The translations under genes were made by a program, and so were the position numbers. The notes beneath the pieces were generated by a model. The model saw nothing but the letters and a program-made list of their open reading frames with translations, was not told the DNA's origin and searched no databases. 64,000 nt of DNA from Bryobacterales bacterium (GTDB lineage: Bacteria; Acidobacteriota; Terriglobia; Bryobacterales; UBA6623), in contig JAPPMC010000191.1 in assembly GCA_028819235.1 (NCBI GenBank), positions 75,957 through 139,956 on the forward strand. Reading direction: 5' to 3'. Shown here piece by piece: positions 8,780 through 18,113 of the stretch (the first letter of the stretch is position 1; the number at the start of each line of letters is the position of its first letter).

Positions 8780-11614
8780 TCATTCGACCCAGATCGGCGA
8801 GCTCCACGCCAGCTGCCCGTCCTGATCTTGCTGGCGGAGCCGGATGTAGTAGAAGGCAGGCGCATTCGCGGGTCGATCGGAGTCTTGGTACTCGAGATCG
8901 ACGACCGCCGACGAGGGTTGCCTCGCCAAGACGACTTCATTGTTGCGGAGCACCTCCAGGTCACGTATCGGCGCCGTGCCCTCTACATGGATTTGGAAGC
9001 GGGGAGGCCCCTCGACGCGCACCTCCTCTCCCATCAGGTGGTCGCGGGTCGGGCCGACCAGCCGAAAGTCAACTACGATGTTGTCCGTGGCGGCGTAGGT
9101 TCTCCTCGCTCGGATCGCGTCGAGTAGGCTCGATCGGGTGTTCTCCTCGGCCAGCACCATCGCGTACGAGCTGTGGGTGGCCATGTGGTCCGAGCTTGCC
9201 TGAACGCCGATCCGGATGTCCTTGGACCACGCCGTGGCCACCATTCCGTCCGGCTGATAGCCGCCGTGCTGCGTGCGGACGTCTTGAGCGTCAGCCGTAC
9301 GCCACGCGCCCACGGCTTCGTAGCTGTTCCGGTCACTTTGGTAGATCTCCACAACGGGCTCGACTTCCCGGTCCCAGTCGCGCCAGTCCGTGCCCATGTT
9401 TGTTGCGCTCGTGTGCGACATGGCGATTCCGCCATAGCGGCGGAGGTAGGCGTAGAGTCGCTCGGCTCCGTGGAGACGCGCGCCATAAGGCCGGATCTCG
9501 TGTCCTTGGATGTCAAGATCCGGCACACCGCGGTAATCGAAGATCACATTCCGGTGCCCATTCGGATAGCCGACCGACCGCTCGTACCCGAACAGGGGCA
9601 CGAATGCCTGACCGACCCGGTGCAGGTCGGCGGCCTTCTGCGTCCGCCACCAGTCGTATTCGTGGCGTGCCCCCCAGACATGCTCGGTCACGGCTATGTA
9701 GTCGAAGGCCGCGGCGTCGATGGCATAGCGATACGCGTCCTGAAGGGAGCCGTCGTTCTGGCCGTCCCAGGAGAACTCGGTGTGCCGGTGCATGTCGCCG
9801 CGGAGGATCTTGAGAGTCTCGCTGCCGATTCGGTAACGGTAGGCCCGCACGCGTGCGACGTCCGCCCGTTCGGCGGCGTGAACCGAGGCTGCGTCGAGCG
9901 ACCGCCGATCCAACGGCCGCAACGGGGCCATCGCAGCTGTCGCCTCTCGGTGGTGCAGCCGCGCCGTGAAGATGTCGGGCTGGAGTGTGCCGAAGTCCTT
10001 GAAACTGCGGCGGTCGGTGGGCCAGACTGCGACCAAGCCACCGCCGGGCGATGGCGAGGCCCGCATGCGCATATCGTGGTTCCCGGAGCTGTATGGCACC
10101 AGCATCATCGGCGACCACTCGCCGCCTTCGTAGCTGGAAGCGTAGATCTCCCATAGCGCATAGTGCGATGGGACGCGGGCGGGATTGTTGACCTCGTAGT
10201 TCGTGCGGTGGCGGAAGAAGGCCCAGACCCTCCCCGTCGCCTCCGCGGCCAGCGTTGGTAGTTCGTAGAAATTGTGGATGTCAGCCGGCAGCGTGGCTGA
10301 GAGCTGTCTAGTGGGCTCGAAGAGCTGCCCTTCATGCCAAACCGCCATCCGGATTTCCCGTCTTTGGTAGAGTCCCTCGCCCGGCAACGTGATGTCTCGG
10401 GGGTATCCGAAGTCTTTGCCCCAGTTGGGTCCGGCCTCGTCCCAAGCAAGCCAGATTCGGCCCGCGGGGTCGGCGGTCATCGCTACGTGCGCTTCGAAGC
10501 GCGGCGACTCAGCGACTGGCACAACATCCTTCCATGTCCCGAGCAGGCGCGCCCGTAGGCGCACGTCGTACCCGAGCGGACCGTACTGATCCCAAGCGAC
10601 GAATACACCGTCATCGGTCGCAACCACCGACGGTTCCCAGCAGTTGCCAGAACCCGTGGAGACTTGCACGGGATCGGACCAGCCCTCGATTGGAGAGTAA
10701 GATCGGTGAAAGATGCGGGCAGTACCGCTGCGGAAGCCCTGCCAGACGAGATGGACTTCACCGTCCGGGGCCGACGCGATGCGGTGCTGCAGGTCCGGCT
10801 GCGGGGCGGTGGTCAGGCGCTCGGACGGTGACCAAGACTCGCCGTCGAAGGCTTTGGCGAAGAGGTCCCAATTGTCGCTGAGCCGCTCCGCCCAGACGAC
10901 CCAAGCCCGGCCATCAGCGTCAAGAGCTATCCCCGTGCGGTGCACATCGGCACCCTGCCGGAGTCGGACAGGTTTCGCGTCCCCAGACTGCACGTAGACG
11001 TCGTCAGCGGCGCCGGTGTACGCCTGCCAGCTCACCCAAACAGTGCCGTCGCCGCTGACCGCCACCGCGGGAAAGTCATGGTCCGGCCTGCGCAAGCGGT
11101 CTGCCGGGCGTTGGCGCCCGACGAGGCTCACTGCAGGAGTTCGCTGTACGGTTGCACGGCCTGCCAGAAACTCGCGGGTTTCCCCAAGGGCCAACTCCGG
11201 GACGCTGAAGCGGAACTCTCCCTGCCTCGTCCGGACCGTCACGTTCGTACCCGGGCCGGACCGTAGGAACACATAGAAGCTCGGCTCCAGGATCCTCTGG
11301 TCTGCCGGCGTGCTGAAGTACTCCTCGTACATCAGCCGCTTCGCAACGGCAAAGCCCTCGCGGCTCCAAGCTTCCCAGCGGTTTGGCGGGTGGACCACGT
11401 CGCCCGTTCGGAACTCACGGCCCACCAGAGCGAGGAGCGTCCCGGATTCCACATCCAGCCTGCCGCTCCAATCCACGGGCTCGGCGTCGGTCAATCCCAG
11501 CGTCACCAGCACAACGGCGTTGGCGTCGGGAGGAGGATCCCTCAGCGTAGTCAGAGTCGAGTTCTGTCCCGGGAGCGAGCCGATCGCCGCCAGCACTGCG
11601 AGGGTCAGGCGCAT
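8780..11614 (-). CDS. secreted ~945-aa protein: beta-propeller-like W-rich repeats + PHP/DUF3604-like metal-dependent hydrolase domain (paralog 1)
   Basis: Track ORF 8780..11713. The likely start is ATG 11614 (MRLTLAVLAAIGSLPGQ signal). Repeats: VWVSWQAY, AWVVWAE, VHLVWQGF, VFVAWDQ, IWLAWDEAGPNWGKD. Metal motif: GDMHRHTEFSWDG...VTEHV. Clear paralog of 32100..34967. Confidence 0.8.
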   Translation of the reverse strand: MRLTLAVLAAIGSLPGQNSTLTTLRDPPPDANAVVLVTLGLTDAEPVDWSGRLDVESGTLLALVGREFRTGDVVHPPNRWEAWSREGFAVAKRLMYEEYFSTPADQRILEPSFYVFLRSGPGTNVTVRTRQGEFRFSVPELALGETREFLAGRATVQRTPAVSLVGRQRPADRLRRPDHDFPAVAVSGDGTVWVSWQAYTGAADDVYVQSGDAKPVRLRQGADVHRTGIALDADGRAWVVWAERLSDNWDLFAKAFDGESWSPSERLTTAPQPDLQHRIASAPDGEVHLVWQGFRSGTARIFHRSYSPIEGWSDPVQVSTGSGNCWEPSVVATDDGVFVAWDQYGPLGYDVRLRARLLGTWKDVVPVAESPRFEAHVAMTADPAGRIWLAWDEAGPNWGKDFGYPRDITLPGEGLYQRREIRMAVWHEGQLFEPTRQLSATLPADIHNFYELPTLAAEATGRVWAFFRHRTNYEVNNPARVPSHYALWEIYASSYEGGEWSPMMLVPYSSGNHDMRMRASPSPGGGLVAVWPTDRRSFKDFGTLQPDIFTARLHHREATAAMAPLRPLDRRSLDAASVHAAERADVARVRAYRYRIGSETLKILRGDMHRHTEFSWDGQNDGSLQDAYRYAIDAAAFDYIAVTEHVWGARHEYDWWRTQKAADLHRVGQAFVPLFGYERSVGYPNGHRNVIFDYRGVPDLDIQGHEIRPYGARLHGAERLYAYLRRYGGIAMSHTSATNMGTDWRDWDREVEPVVEIYQSDRNSYEAVGAWRTADAQDVRTQHGGYQPDGMVATAWSKDIRIGVQASSDHMATHSSYAMVLAEENTRSSLLDAIRARRTYAATDNIVVDFRLVGPTRDHLMGEEVRVEGPPRFQIHVEGTAPIRDLEVLRNNEVVLARQPSSAVVDLEYQDSDRPANAPAFYYIRLRQQDQDGQLAWSSPIWVE

Positions 11615-11831
11615 CGCAAACGGGAGAATAGCACTGCCCGATGGCGACTTCGCGTTAGCTTTGGCACTCTGCAAACAAGTGCCACCGATCGGCCCACAGA
11701 TCGAGAGGGGCATCGAGGGCTGGTCGTCTGCTCACGGTCGGCCTCCCCTTGGCGAGGAAGTTGGATCTGATTCCCTCAGCGCCGAGACTTGGTCCCAGTT
11801 CGGTGCGAGACGCCTTATATAATGGGCGCGC

Positions 11832-14800
11832 ATGGATTTCAGTCAGTTTGTTCGGTGGTCTGCACTGTTCGTGGCGCTTGGGCTGTCTCCTTCGGCCTTC
11901 CCAAGAGTCGACTATCAGACGGACGTCCGACCCTTGCTGTCGGACAAATGCTTTCAGTGCCACGGGCCCGATGCGGCAGCCCGCATGGCCGAGTTGCGCC
12001 TGGACCGTCGCGAGGGACTGTTCGAGAGCCGGCCAAATGGCGCTCCCGTAGTACCCGGGGAACCGGGTTCGAGCCTTGTTTACAGCCGGATCACCCATGC
12101 TGATCCGGTGCTGCGGATGCCGCCGGAGTACTCCCACAAGAGCCTGGACCCAGATGAAATAGAAACAATCCGAGAGTGGATCGAGCAGGGGGCTGACTGG
12201 AATGGCCATTGGGCCTTCGAAATCCCGGTGCGCCCCGAACTGCCAGAAGTACAGGATCCCCACTGGGCGCGGAACGCGATCGACCGGTTTGTGCTGGCCC
12301 GCCTCGATGAAGAGGGTCTGGAACCCGCACCTGAGGCGGGGCGGCGTGCTTTGGCGCGCCGTGCCGCTCTCGACGTCACTGGGCTCGCCCCGTCCCCAAC
12401 GCTCTTGGAGAGCTTCCTCAAGGATAGGCGGGCCGGCGCATACCAGCGCTACTTGGACCGCTTGTTCGCTTCCGATGCCTACGGGGAGCACAGGACGCGC
12501 TACTGGCTCGACGCCGCCCGCTATGCCGACACCCATGGGATCCACATCGACAACTACCGCGAAATGTGGCCCTACCGGGACTGGGTGATTGACGCATTCA
12601 ACCGCAACCTGCCGTTCGACGAATTCGTCGTCGACCAAGTGGCCGGGGACCTGTTGCCGAACCCGACCATGGACCAGTTGATCGCCTCTGGCTTCCACCG
12701 CTGTAATCCCACAACCAATGAGGGCGGGGTCATCCCTGAGGAGTACGAGGTCATCTACGCCAAGGACCGCGCCGATACGACCGGGACGGTATTCCTCGGC
12801 CTTACGGTCGGCTGCGCCACCTGCCATGACCACAAGTTCGACCCCATCACGCAGCGTGACTTCTATGCGATGACGGCGTTCTTCCGCAACACCACGCAAT
12901 ACGTGATGGACGGCAACATCTCCGACACGCCCCCGTTCATCATTGTTCCGTCCAGGGAAGATCGAGATCTCTACCAAGACCTGCGTACGACAGTGCGCGA
13001 GACCGGCGTGGCTCTCGAAACTGCGACGGATTCGCCGAGCCCACCTTTTGACGAATGGCTCCGCAAGCGCAGTTACCAGGATCTTGAGCACCCGCTCGGC
13101 CGCCGGCACGCTGCCCTTGTGGTGGGCGACGACACGATCGTGACCGGAGGAGATGCGGAGCCCCTAGCGCTGCCTGAGGGTGTGACGGCTGGACCGGGCC
13201 CCAAGCCGAACTTGGGGGCGCTCGAGTTCTCCGATGAGGGGTACGTGGAGGTCCCGGGCTTGAAGTTCGGCCGAGAAACGCCGTTCTCGCTGGCCTTTTG
13301 GGTGCGGCTCCCAAAGGCCGCCGGGTCATACGTAGCGCTGAGCCAAGTCGACCCTGAGAACAAGATGCGCGGTTGGACCGTGACGCTCGGGGCCCGGATG
13401 GTGGTCTTCAGCATGACCGCCGTTCAGGACGACAAGGCATCCAACATCCAAATCCAGCCCAACAACCAGTACCAAATGGAGCCCGGAGGGTGGCGGCACA
13501 TCACCCTGACGTATGACGGTTCCGGTGAGCGGGCCGGCCTGAGCGTTTACTACAACGGTGAGCGCATGCCGTTCCAGGGCAGCGAGTTCTTTGAGAAGCT
13601 GACCGGAACAGTGGCGAATGATCGGCCCTTGCTGCTGGGCCGGGGCTACTTCAAGCAAGACGAAGAGGTTAAGGGTCGCGGCCTGCCAGGGGGTGCCCTC
13701 GCCGATGTTCGAGTGTACGACCGGGAGATCAGCGTCGAAGAGGCCTATTTGGCTGCCAATTGGTCGGCGATTGCGGCAGCGCGGCAGAAAGCGCCGGGCG
13801 AACTCGACGATTCCTCGCGGCGGCTGCTAAATCTGCACTACCTGAACTTGCACGATGGCGACTATCAGGAGCGCCTGGACGACATCCGCCGAGCCCAGCG
13901 CGAAATCCGCGAAGTGCGCCGCAGGGGTTCCGTCACGCACGTTATGCAGGAGAAGCCGGGCAGTCTTCCCGAGGCTCACATACTGTTCCGCGGACTGTAC
14001 GACCAGCGCAGAGAGAAAGTTCCGGCTGCGACTCCCGGCTTCCTGCCGTCGCTGGAGGGGCCGGGGTCCGTTGACCGCCTGCATCTGGCGAAGTGGCTCG
14101 TCGATGCCCGCAATCCGCTGACCGCCCGGGTATCGGCCAATCGCTTCTGGCAACAAGTGTTCGGGCAAGGGCTCGTGCGGACCAGTGACGACTTCGGTGC
14201 CCAAGGGGAAGCCCCATCGCACCCGCTTCTGCTGGACTGGCTGGCCGTCGAGTTCCGCGAGAGCGGGTGGGACACCAAAGCGCTGCTGAGAACCTTGCTG
14301 TCGTCTTCGACCTACCGGCAGTCTGCGGAGGCCGACGCGGCAAAGCTCGCGCGCGACCCAGACAACAGGCTGCTATCGAGAGGCCCGAGATTCCGCATGG
14401 ACGCGGAGATGCTCCGAGACTTCGCCCTGTCCGCAACCGGGATTCTGGTGAGCAAGGTCGGCGGCCCCAGCGTCAAGCCTTACCAGCCGGAAGGCGTCTG
14501 GGAGTCAGTGGCCATGCTGGGGAGCAACACGCGCTTCTACAAGCGCGACGATGGCGACAATCTGTACCGCCGCAGCCTGTACACATTCTGGAAGCGAGCG
14601 GCCCCGCCGGCGTCGATGCAGATTTTCAATGCGCCGACCCGGGAGCACGCCACAGTCCGCCGCGAGCGAACCAATACGCCCCTGCAGGCTCTGGTTACCA
14701 TGAACGACACCCAGTTTGTGGAGGCCGCCCGCTACCTTGCCCAAGACGCGCTGCGGGAGGTCGGCCCAGACTTCGAGTCACGCCTGGATTACATGACCGT

Positions 14801-15020
14801 GCGGCTGCTGGCCCGCGAATTCGACGAGAGCGAGCAGGCTGTCGCGCGAGCGAGTCTGGCGGATTTTGTTACCCACTACGAAGGCGACGAGGAGAGCGCG
14901 GACGGACTGCTGGCGACCGGCGAGTATCCGCTGGACAAGGAGCTTCCGAAAGCGGACCTGGCCGCTTGGACAATGATGGCAAACCAGTTGATGAACTTGG
15001 ACGAGGCGCTCAACAAGTGA
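11832..15020 (+). CDS. PSCyt (cytochrome c) - DUF1549 - LamG-like - DUF1553 protein
   Basis: Signal peptide. CFQCHGPD heme motif. DUF1549-type ARRAALDVTGLAPSP. CATCHDHKFDP. Central LamG-like segment. C-terminal DUF1553-type region (FNAPTRE...RTNTPLQAL). Confidence 0.9.
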   Translation: MDFSQFVRWSALFVALGLSPSAFPRVDYQTDVRPLLSDKCFQCHGPDAAARMAELRLDRREGLFESRPNGAPVVPGEPGSSLVYSRITHADPVLRMPPEYSHKSLDPDEIETIREWIEQGADWNGHWAFEIPVRPELPEVQDPHWARNAIDRFVLARLDEEGLEPAPEAGRRALARRAALDVTGLAPSPTLLESFLKDRRAGAYQRYLDRLFASDAYGEHRTRYWLDAARYADTHGIHIDNYREMWPYRDWVIDAFNRNLPFDEFVVDQVAGDLLPNPTMDQLIASGFHRCNPTTNEGGVIPEEYEVIYAKDRADTTGTVFLGLTVGCATCHDHKFDPITQRDFYAMTAFFRNTTQYVMDGNISDTPPFIIVPSREDRDLYQDLRTTVRETGVALETATDSPSPPFDEWLRKRSYQDLEHPLGRRHAALVVGDDTIVTGGDAEPLALPEGVTAGPGPKPNLGALEFSDEGYVEVPGLKFGRETPFSLAFWVRLPKAAGSYVALSQVDPENKMRGWTVTLGARMVVFSMTAVQDDKASNIQIQPNNQYQMEPGGWRHITLTYDGSGERAGLSVYYNGERMPFQGSEFFEKLTGTVANDRPLLLGRGYFKQDEEVKGRGLPGGALADVRVYDREISVEEAYLAANWSAIAAARQKAPGELDDSSRRLLNLHYLNLHDGDYQERLDDIRRAQREIREVRRRGSVTHVMQEKPGSLPEAHILFRGLYDQRREKVPAATPGFLPSLEGPGSVDRLHLAKWLVDARNPLTARVSANRFWQQVFGQGLVRTSDDFGAQGEAPSHPLLLDWLAVEFRESGWDTKALLRTLLSSSTYRQSAEADAAKLARDPDNRLLSRGPRFRMDAEMLRDFALSATGILVSKVGGPSVKPYQPEGVWESVAMLGSNTRFYKRDDGDNLYRRSLYTFWKRAAPPASMQIFNAPTREHATVRRERTNTPLQALVTMNDTQFVEAARYLAQDALREVGPDFESRLDYMTVRLLAREFDESEQAVARASLADFVTHYEGDEESADGLLATGEYPLDKELPKADLAAWTMMANQLMNLDEALNK

Positions 15021-15061
15021 CCGGCAGACCGCCGGGTTTCACGGCCTAGGGGAGGCACGAC

Positions 15062-16522
15062 ATGAATCCGATTCAACAGGCGATCAAGACCGAGACCAGG
15101 AGGCAGTTCTTTGCGCAGGGCGCGAAGGGCATAGGGGGCATCGCACTGGCGACCCTGATGGCCGATGAGGCACGCGGTTCGGTCGGCGAGCGCGTCGGGG
15201 GCCTACCAGAGCTACCGCATTTCGCGCCGAAGGCAAAGCGTTGTGTGTACCTGCACATGATGGGCGCCCCGCCACAGATGGATCTGCTGGACTACAAGCC
15301 TCAGATGAGGGACTGGTACGACAAGGACCTGCCCGAGTCCATCCGCCAAGGTCAGCGGCTCACAACTATGACCGCTGGCCAGGCGCGTTTCCCGATCGCA
15401 CCCTCGGTGTTCGAGTTCTCCCAGCACGGCCAGAGCGGCGCGTGGATATCGGAGATCCTGCCTCTGACGGCGAGCATGGCCGATGACATCTGCATCATCC
15501 GCACCATGAACACCGACGCGATCAACCACGAGCCGGCAATTACGTTCATCCAGACCGGACGGGAAGTGGCCGGACGGCCGTGCATAGGTTCGTGGATTTC
15601 CTACGGGCTCGGAAGCCTGAACCGCGACCTCCCGACGTTTGTTGTAATGAACGCCGAGAGGAGCCACCCCAAGGCCGGCCAGCAAGCGATCTCGGCAAAG
15701 CTCTGGAGCGCCGGGTTCCTGTCGCCCGAATTCGCCGGCGTGGGCCTACGGGCGGGCGCTGACCCAGTCCTCTATGTGAAGAACCCCGAAGGGGTCAGCA
15801 CGTCGGTTCGCAGGAGGATGTTGGACGGCCTGTCCGCGCTGAACCAGATTCAGCACGAGCGGATCAGCGATCCTGCGACGCTAGCGCGCATTGAGCAGTA
15901 CGAGATGGCCTTCCGGATGCAGGCGTCAGTTCCGGAGATGAGCGACCTCTCTTCCGAACCGGCCAGCACGTGGAAGCGATGGGGGGAGGAGGCCAGAGAG
16001 CCCGGCAAGTTCCAGAACGCCGCTCTGATGGCCCGTCGCCTGATCGAGCGTGGTGTGCGCTTTGTGCAGATTTACCACCGAGGGTGGGACGTTCACAACG
16101 ACGCCCCGGTCGTGCTGCGCGCGCAGGCCAAGGATGCGGACCGCGGCGCATGGGCGCTCGTGCAGGACCTCAAGGAGCGCGGTCTCTTGGACGAGACGCT
16201 CGTGATATGGGGCGGAGAGTTCGGCCGGACGATCTACTCGCAGGGAGCCCTCACGCCTGACAACTACGGCCGTGACCACCACCCGCGCTGTTACAGCCTG
16301 TGGATGGCCGGCGGAGGGATCAAGGGCGGAATGGTGTACGGGGAGACGGACGAATTCTCCTACAACATCATTAAGGACCCTGTCCCCATCCGCGACTACC
16401 AAGCCACGCTGCTGCACGTGTTCGGGATCGACCACGAGAGGTTCACCTACCGGCACCAAGGCTTGGACGCCAAGCTGACCGGCGTCGAGCAGGCCCACGT
16501 GATCAAGGCCGTCCTGGCCTGA
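15062..16522 (+). CDS. DUF1501 domain protein (sulfatase/alkaline-phosphatase superfamily), Tat signal
   Basis: GGAGG 7 nt before the ATG. Twin-arginine motif TRRQFFAQGA. DUF1501-type core (INHEPA, WGGEFGRT, GRDHHP). Lies 41 nt after the DUF1553 gene. Confidence 0.9.
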   Translation: MNPIQQAIKTETRRQFFAQGAKGIGGIALATLMADEARGSVGERVGGLPELPHFAPKAKRCVYLHMMGAPPQMDLLDYKPQMRDWYDKDLPESIRQGQRLTTMTAGQARFPIAPSVFEFSQHGQSGAWISEILPLTASMADDICIIRTMNTDAINHEPAITFIQTGREVAGRPCIGSWISYGLGSLNRDLPTFVVMNAERSHPKAGQQAISAKLWSAGFLSPEFAGVGLRAGADPVLYVKNPEGVSTSVRRRMLDGLSALNQIQHERISDPATLARIEQYEMAFRMQASVPEMSDLSSEPASTWKRWGEEAREPGKFQNAALMARRLIERGVRFVQIYHRGWDVHNDAPVVLRAQAKDADRGAWALVQDLKERGLLDETLVIWGGEFGRTIYSQGALTPDNYGRDHHPRCYSLWMAGGGIKGGMVYGETDEFSYNIIKDPVPIRDYQATLLHVFGIDHERFTYRHQGLDAKLTGVEQAHVIKAVLA

Positions 16523-16546
16523 CCGCCTCGAGAACAGACCTATAAT
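16519..16546 (+). promoter_or_regulatory. candidate sigma70-type promoter of rnpB
   Basis: CTGACC (16519-16524), 16-nt spacer, perfect TATAAT (16541-16546). The predicted mature RNA 5' end lies 8-9 nt downstream. The -35 overlaps the stop codon of the DUF1501 gene. Confidence 0.45.
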
Positions 16547-16554
16547 CGGCAATA

Positions 16555-16914
16555 GGGCGGACGGTCGGGCAGTCGCGGCACCTTCGGGCGTCGAGGAAAG
16601 TCCGGTCTCCACAGGGCGGCGTGCCGGCTAACGGCCGGGCGGCAATGCCGACGGAAAGTGCCACAGAAAACATACCGCCACGGCATGTTCGGGGTAAGGG
16701 TGAAATGGTGCGGTAAGAGCGCACCGCGTCGCGGGCAACCGGGATGGCAGGGCAAACCCCACGCGGAGCAAGGCCAAATAGGGGGCGAAGCGGCGGCCCG
16801 CCGCATTGGAGTCCCGGGTGGGCCGCTAGAGGCGACTGGCGACAGTCGTCCCAGATGAATGGCTGCCACCCGTCCTAAGACGGGGACAGAAACCGGCTTA
16901 CAGGCCGTCCGCCC
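16555..16914 (+). ncRNA. rnpB: RNase P RNA, bacterial type A
   Basis: GAGGAAAGTCCGG at 16593-16605. ACAGAAAACATACCGCC. GGTAAGGGTGAAATGGTGCGGTAAGAGCGCACC. ACAGAAACCGGCTTACAGG. P1 closed by GGGCGGACGG (16555-16564) pairing perfectly with CCGTCCGCCC (16905-16914). Confidence 0.93.
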
Positions 16915-16928
16915 ACCCCATGCACGGT

Positions 16929-18029
16929 TCAGCGTGACCGCACAGGCCCGCCGGTCGGGGGAAGGCAGCAATCCGCCGGGCAGTTGTCAGGGACGGCTGG
17001 CATGGCGCCGGTGCATTCGCGAACCGGCAGATGTGCCACCCTCTCGTAGATCAAGTCGCGGACCGCTCTGACAAACGATGGATGGACACCCACCGTCCCG
17101 GCGCGCACGAAGTCCATTCCAAGTGCGCCGGCGTGCTGGGCCGCCTCTACGTCAAGGTCGTAGAGCACCTCCAAGTGGTCCGAGAGAAAGCCGATAGGCA
17201 CGACGCAGACCTGGGTCACGCCCTCGTCGCGAAGCTCTTCCAGCCGGTCGCATATGTCCGGTTCCAGCCAAGGCACCTGAGGCGGGCCGCTGCGGCTTTG
17301 GTACGCTACCTCCCAGTGCCGACTCTTTGCCGCTTCGCTGGCGAGCCGCGCCGCCTCCCGGATCTGGTTGGCATAGCTGCAGTTCCGGGCCATGGAATCC
17401 GGGATGCTGTGGGCCGTGAACACGATCCGCGGCGGCTGGGCCCGGCCCCTCGGGAGCTTGCGCAGAGCCTCGGCCAGCCGGTCTGCTACGGCCTCAACAA
17501 AGCAAGGGTGATTGAAGAAGGATCGGATCTTGTCAACCGTGGGCGCATTAGGGCCCGCCTTGGCGGCGGCCTCAGCGATGTTCTCTCGATATTGGCGGCA
17601 ACTGGAGTATGAGCTGAATGCCGCCGTAACGAAGGCGATGGCACGGTGCACTCCGTCCTTCGCCATCGCCGCCAAGGCATCGTCGAGCAGCGGATGCCAG
17701 TTCCGGTTCCCCCAATAGATCGGCAGATTCGGACCCTGCTGCGCGAGAGTCCGCTCAAGGGCTGCGATCAGGTCGCGATTCTGATCATTGATCGGGCTCC
17801 GGCCGCCAAAGTGGTAGTAGTGCTCGGCCACTTCGATCAGGCGCGCCCTCGGCACTCCCCTGCCCCGGACTACCTTCTCGAGGAACGGCATAACCTCCTC
17901 GGGTCCTTCGGGCCCCCCGAAGGAAACCAGAAGGATGGCGTCGTACGGCGGGTCGGCCACACCTAAGTATGCGTCCAGTCGGCCCCCAGCCCGGTCGAGC
18001 GCTTCGACACACCACGCCGGGAGTTTCAC
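16929..18029 (-). CDS. hemH: ferrochelatase (possibly coproporphyrin-type) with Cys-rich C-terminus
   Basis: ILLVSFGGPEGPEEVMPFLEKVV and VFTAHSIPDSMA signatures. C-terminal ECTGAMPAVPDNCPADCC. Confidence 0.9.
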   Translation of the reverse strand: MKLPAWCVEALDRAGGRLDAYLGVADPPYDAILLVSFGGPEGPEEVMPFLEKVVRGRGVPRARLIEVAEHYYHFGGRSPINDQNRDLIAALERTLAQQGPNLPIYWGNRNWHPLLDDALAAMAKDGVHRAIAFVTAAFSSYSSCRQYRENIAEAAAKAGPNAPTVDKIRSFFNHPCFVEAVADRLAEALRKLPRGRAQPPRIVFTAHSIPDSMARNCSYANQIREAARLASEAAKSRHWEVAYQSRSGPPQVPWLEPDICDRLEELRDEGVTQVCVVPIGFLSDHLEVLYDLDVEAAQHAGALGMDFVRAGTVGVHPSFVRAVRDLIYERVAHLPVRECTGAMPAVPDNCPADCCLPPTGGPVRSR

Positions 18030-18113
18030 GGTCCGGACGGTGCAGCGCAGTCCGGGACCCTCTGTGGGGCCCTGCGGCTGCGCCGGCCTGGTGTCGAACC
18101 GGTCAACGCTAGC

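Noticed and set aside
8512-13109. ORFs 8512..9813 (+, 433 aa), 9173..10156 (+, 327 aa) and 11655..13109 (-, 484 aa).
   Set aside because: They are antisense or out of frame relative to the PHP-like hydrolase and the PSCyt/DUF1553 gene. They are Arg/Pro/Gly-rich with no motifs.
16503-16971. ORFs 16503..16724 (-), 16540..16971 (-) and 16658..16858 (+).
   Set aside because: They lie on the RNase P RNA gene, and their translations are Arg/Pro/Gly-rich.
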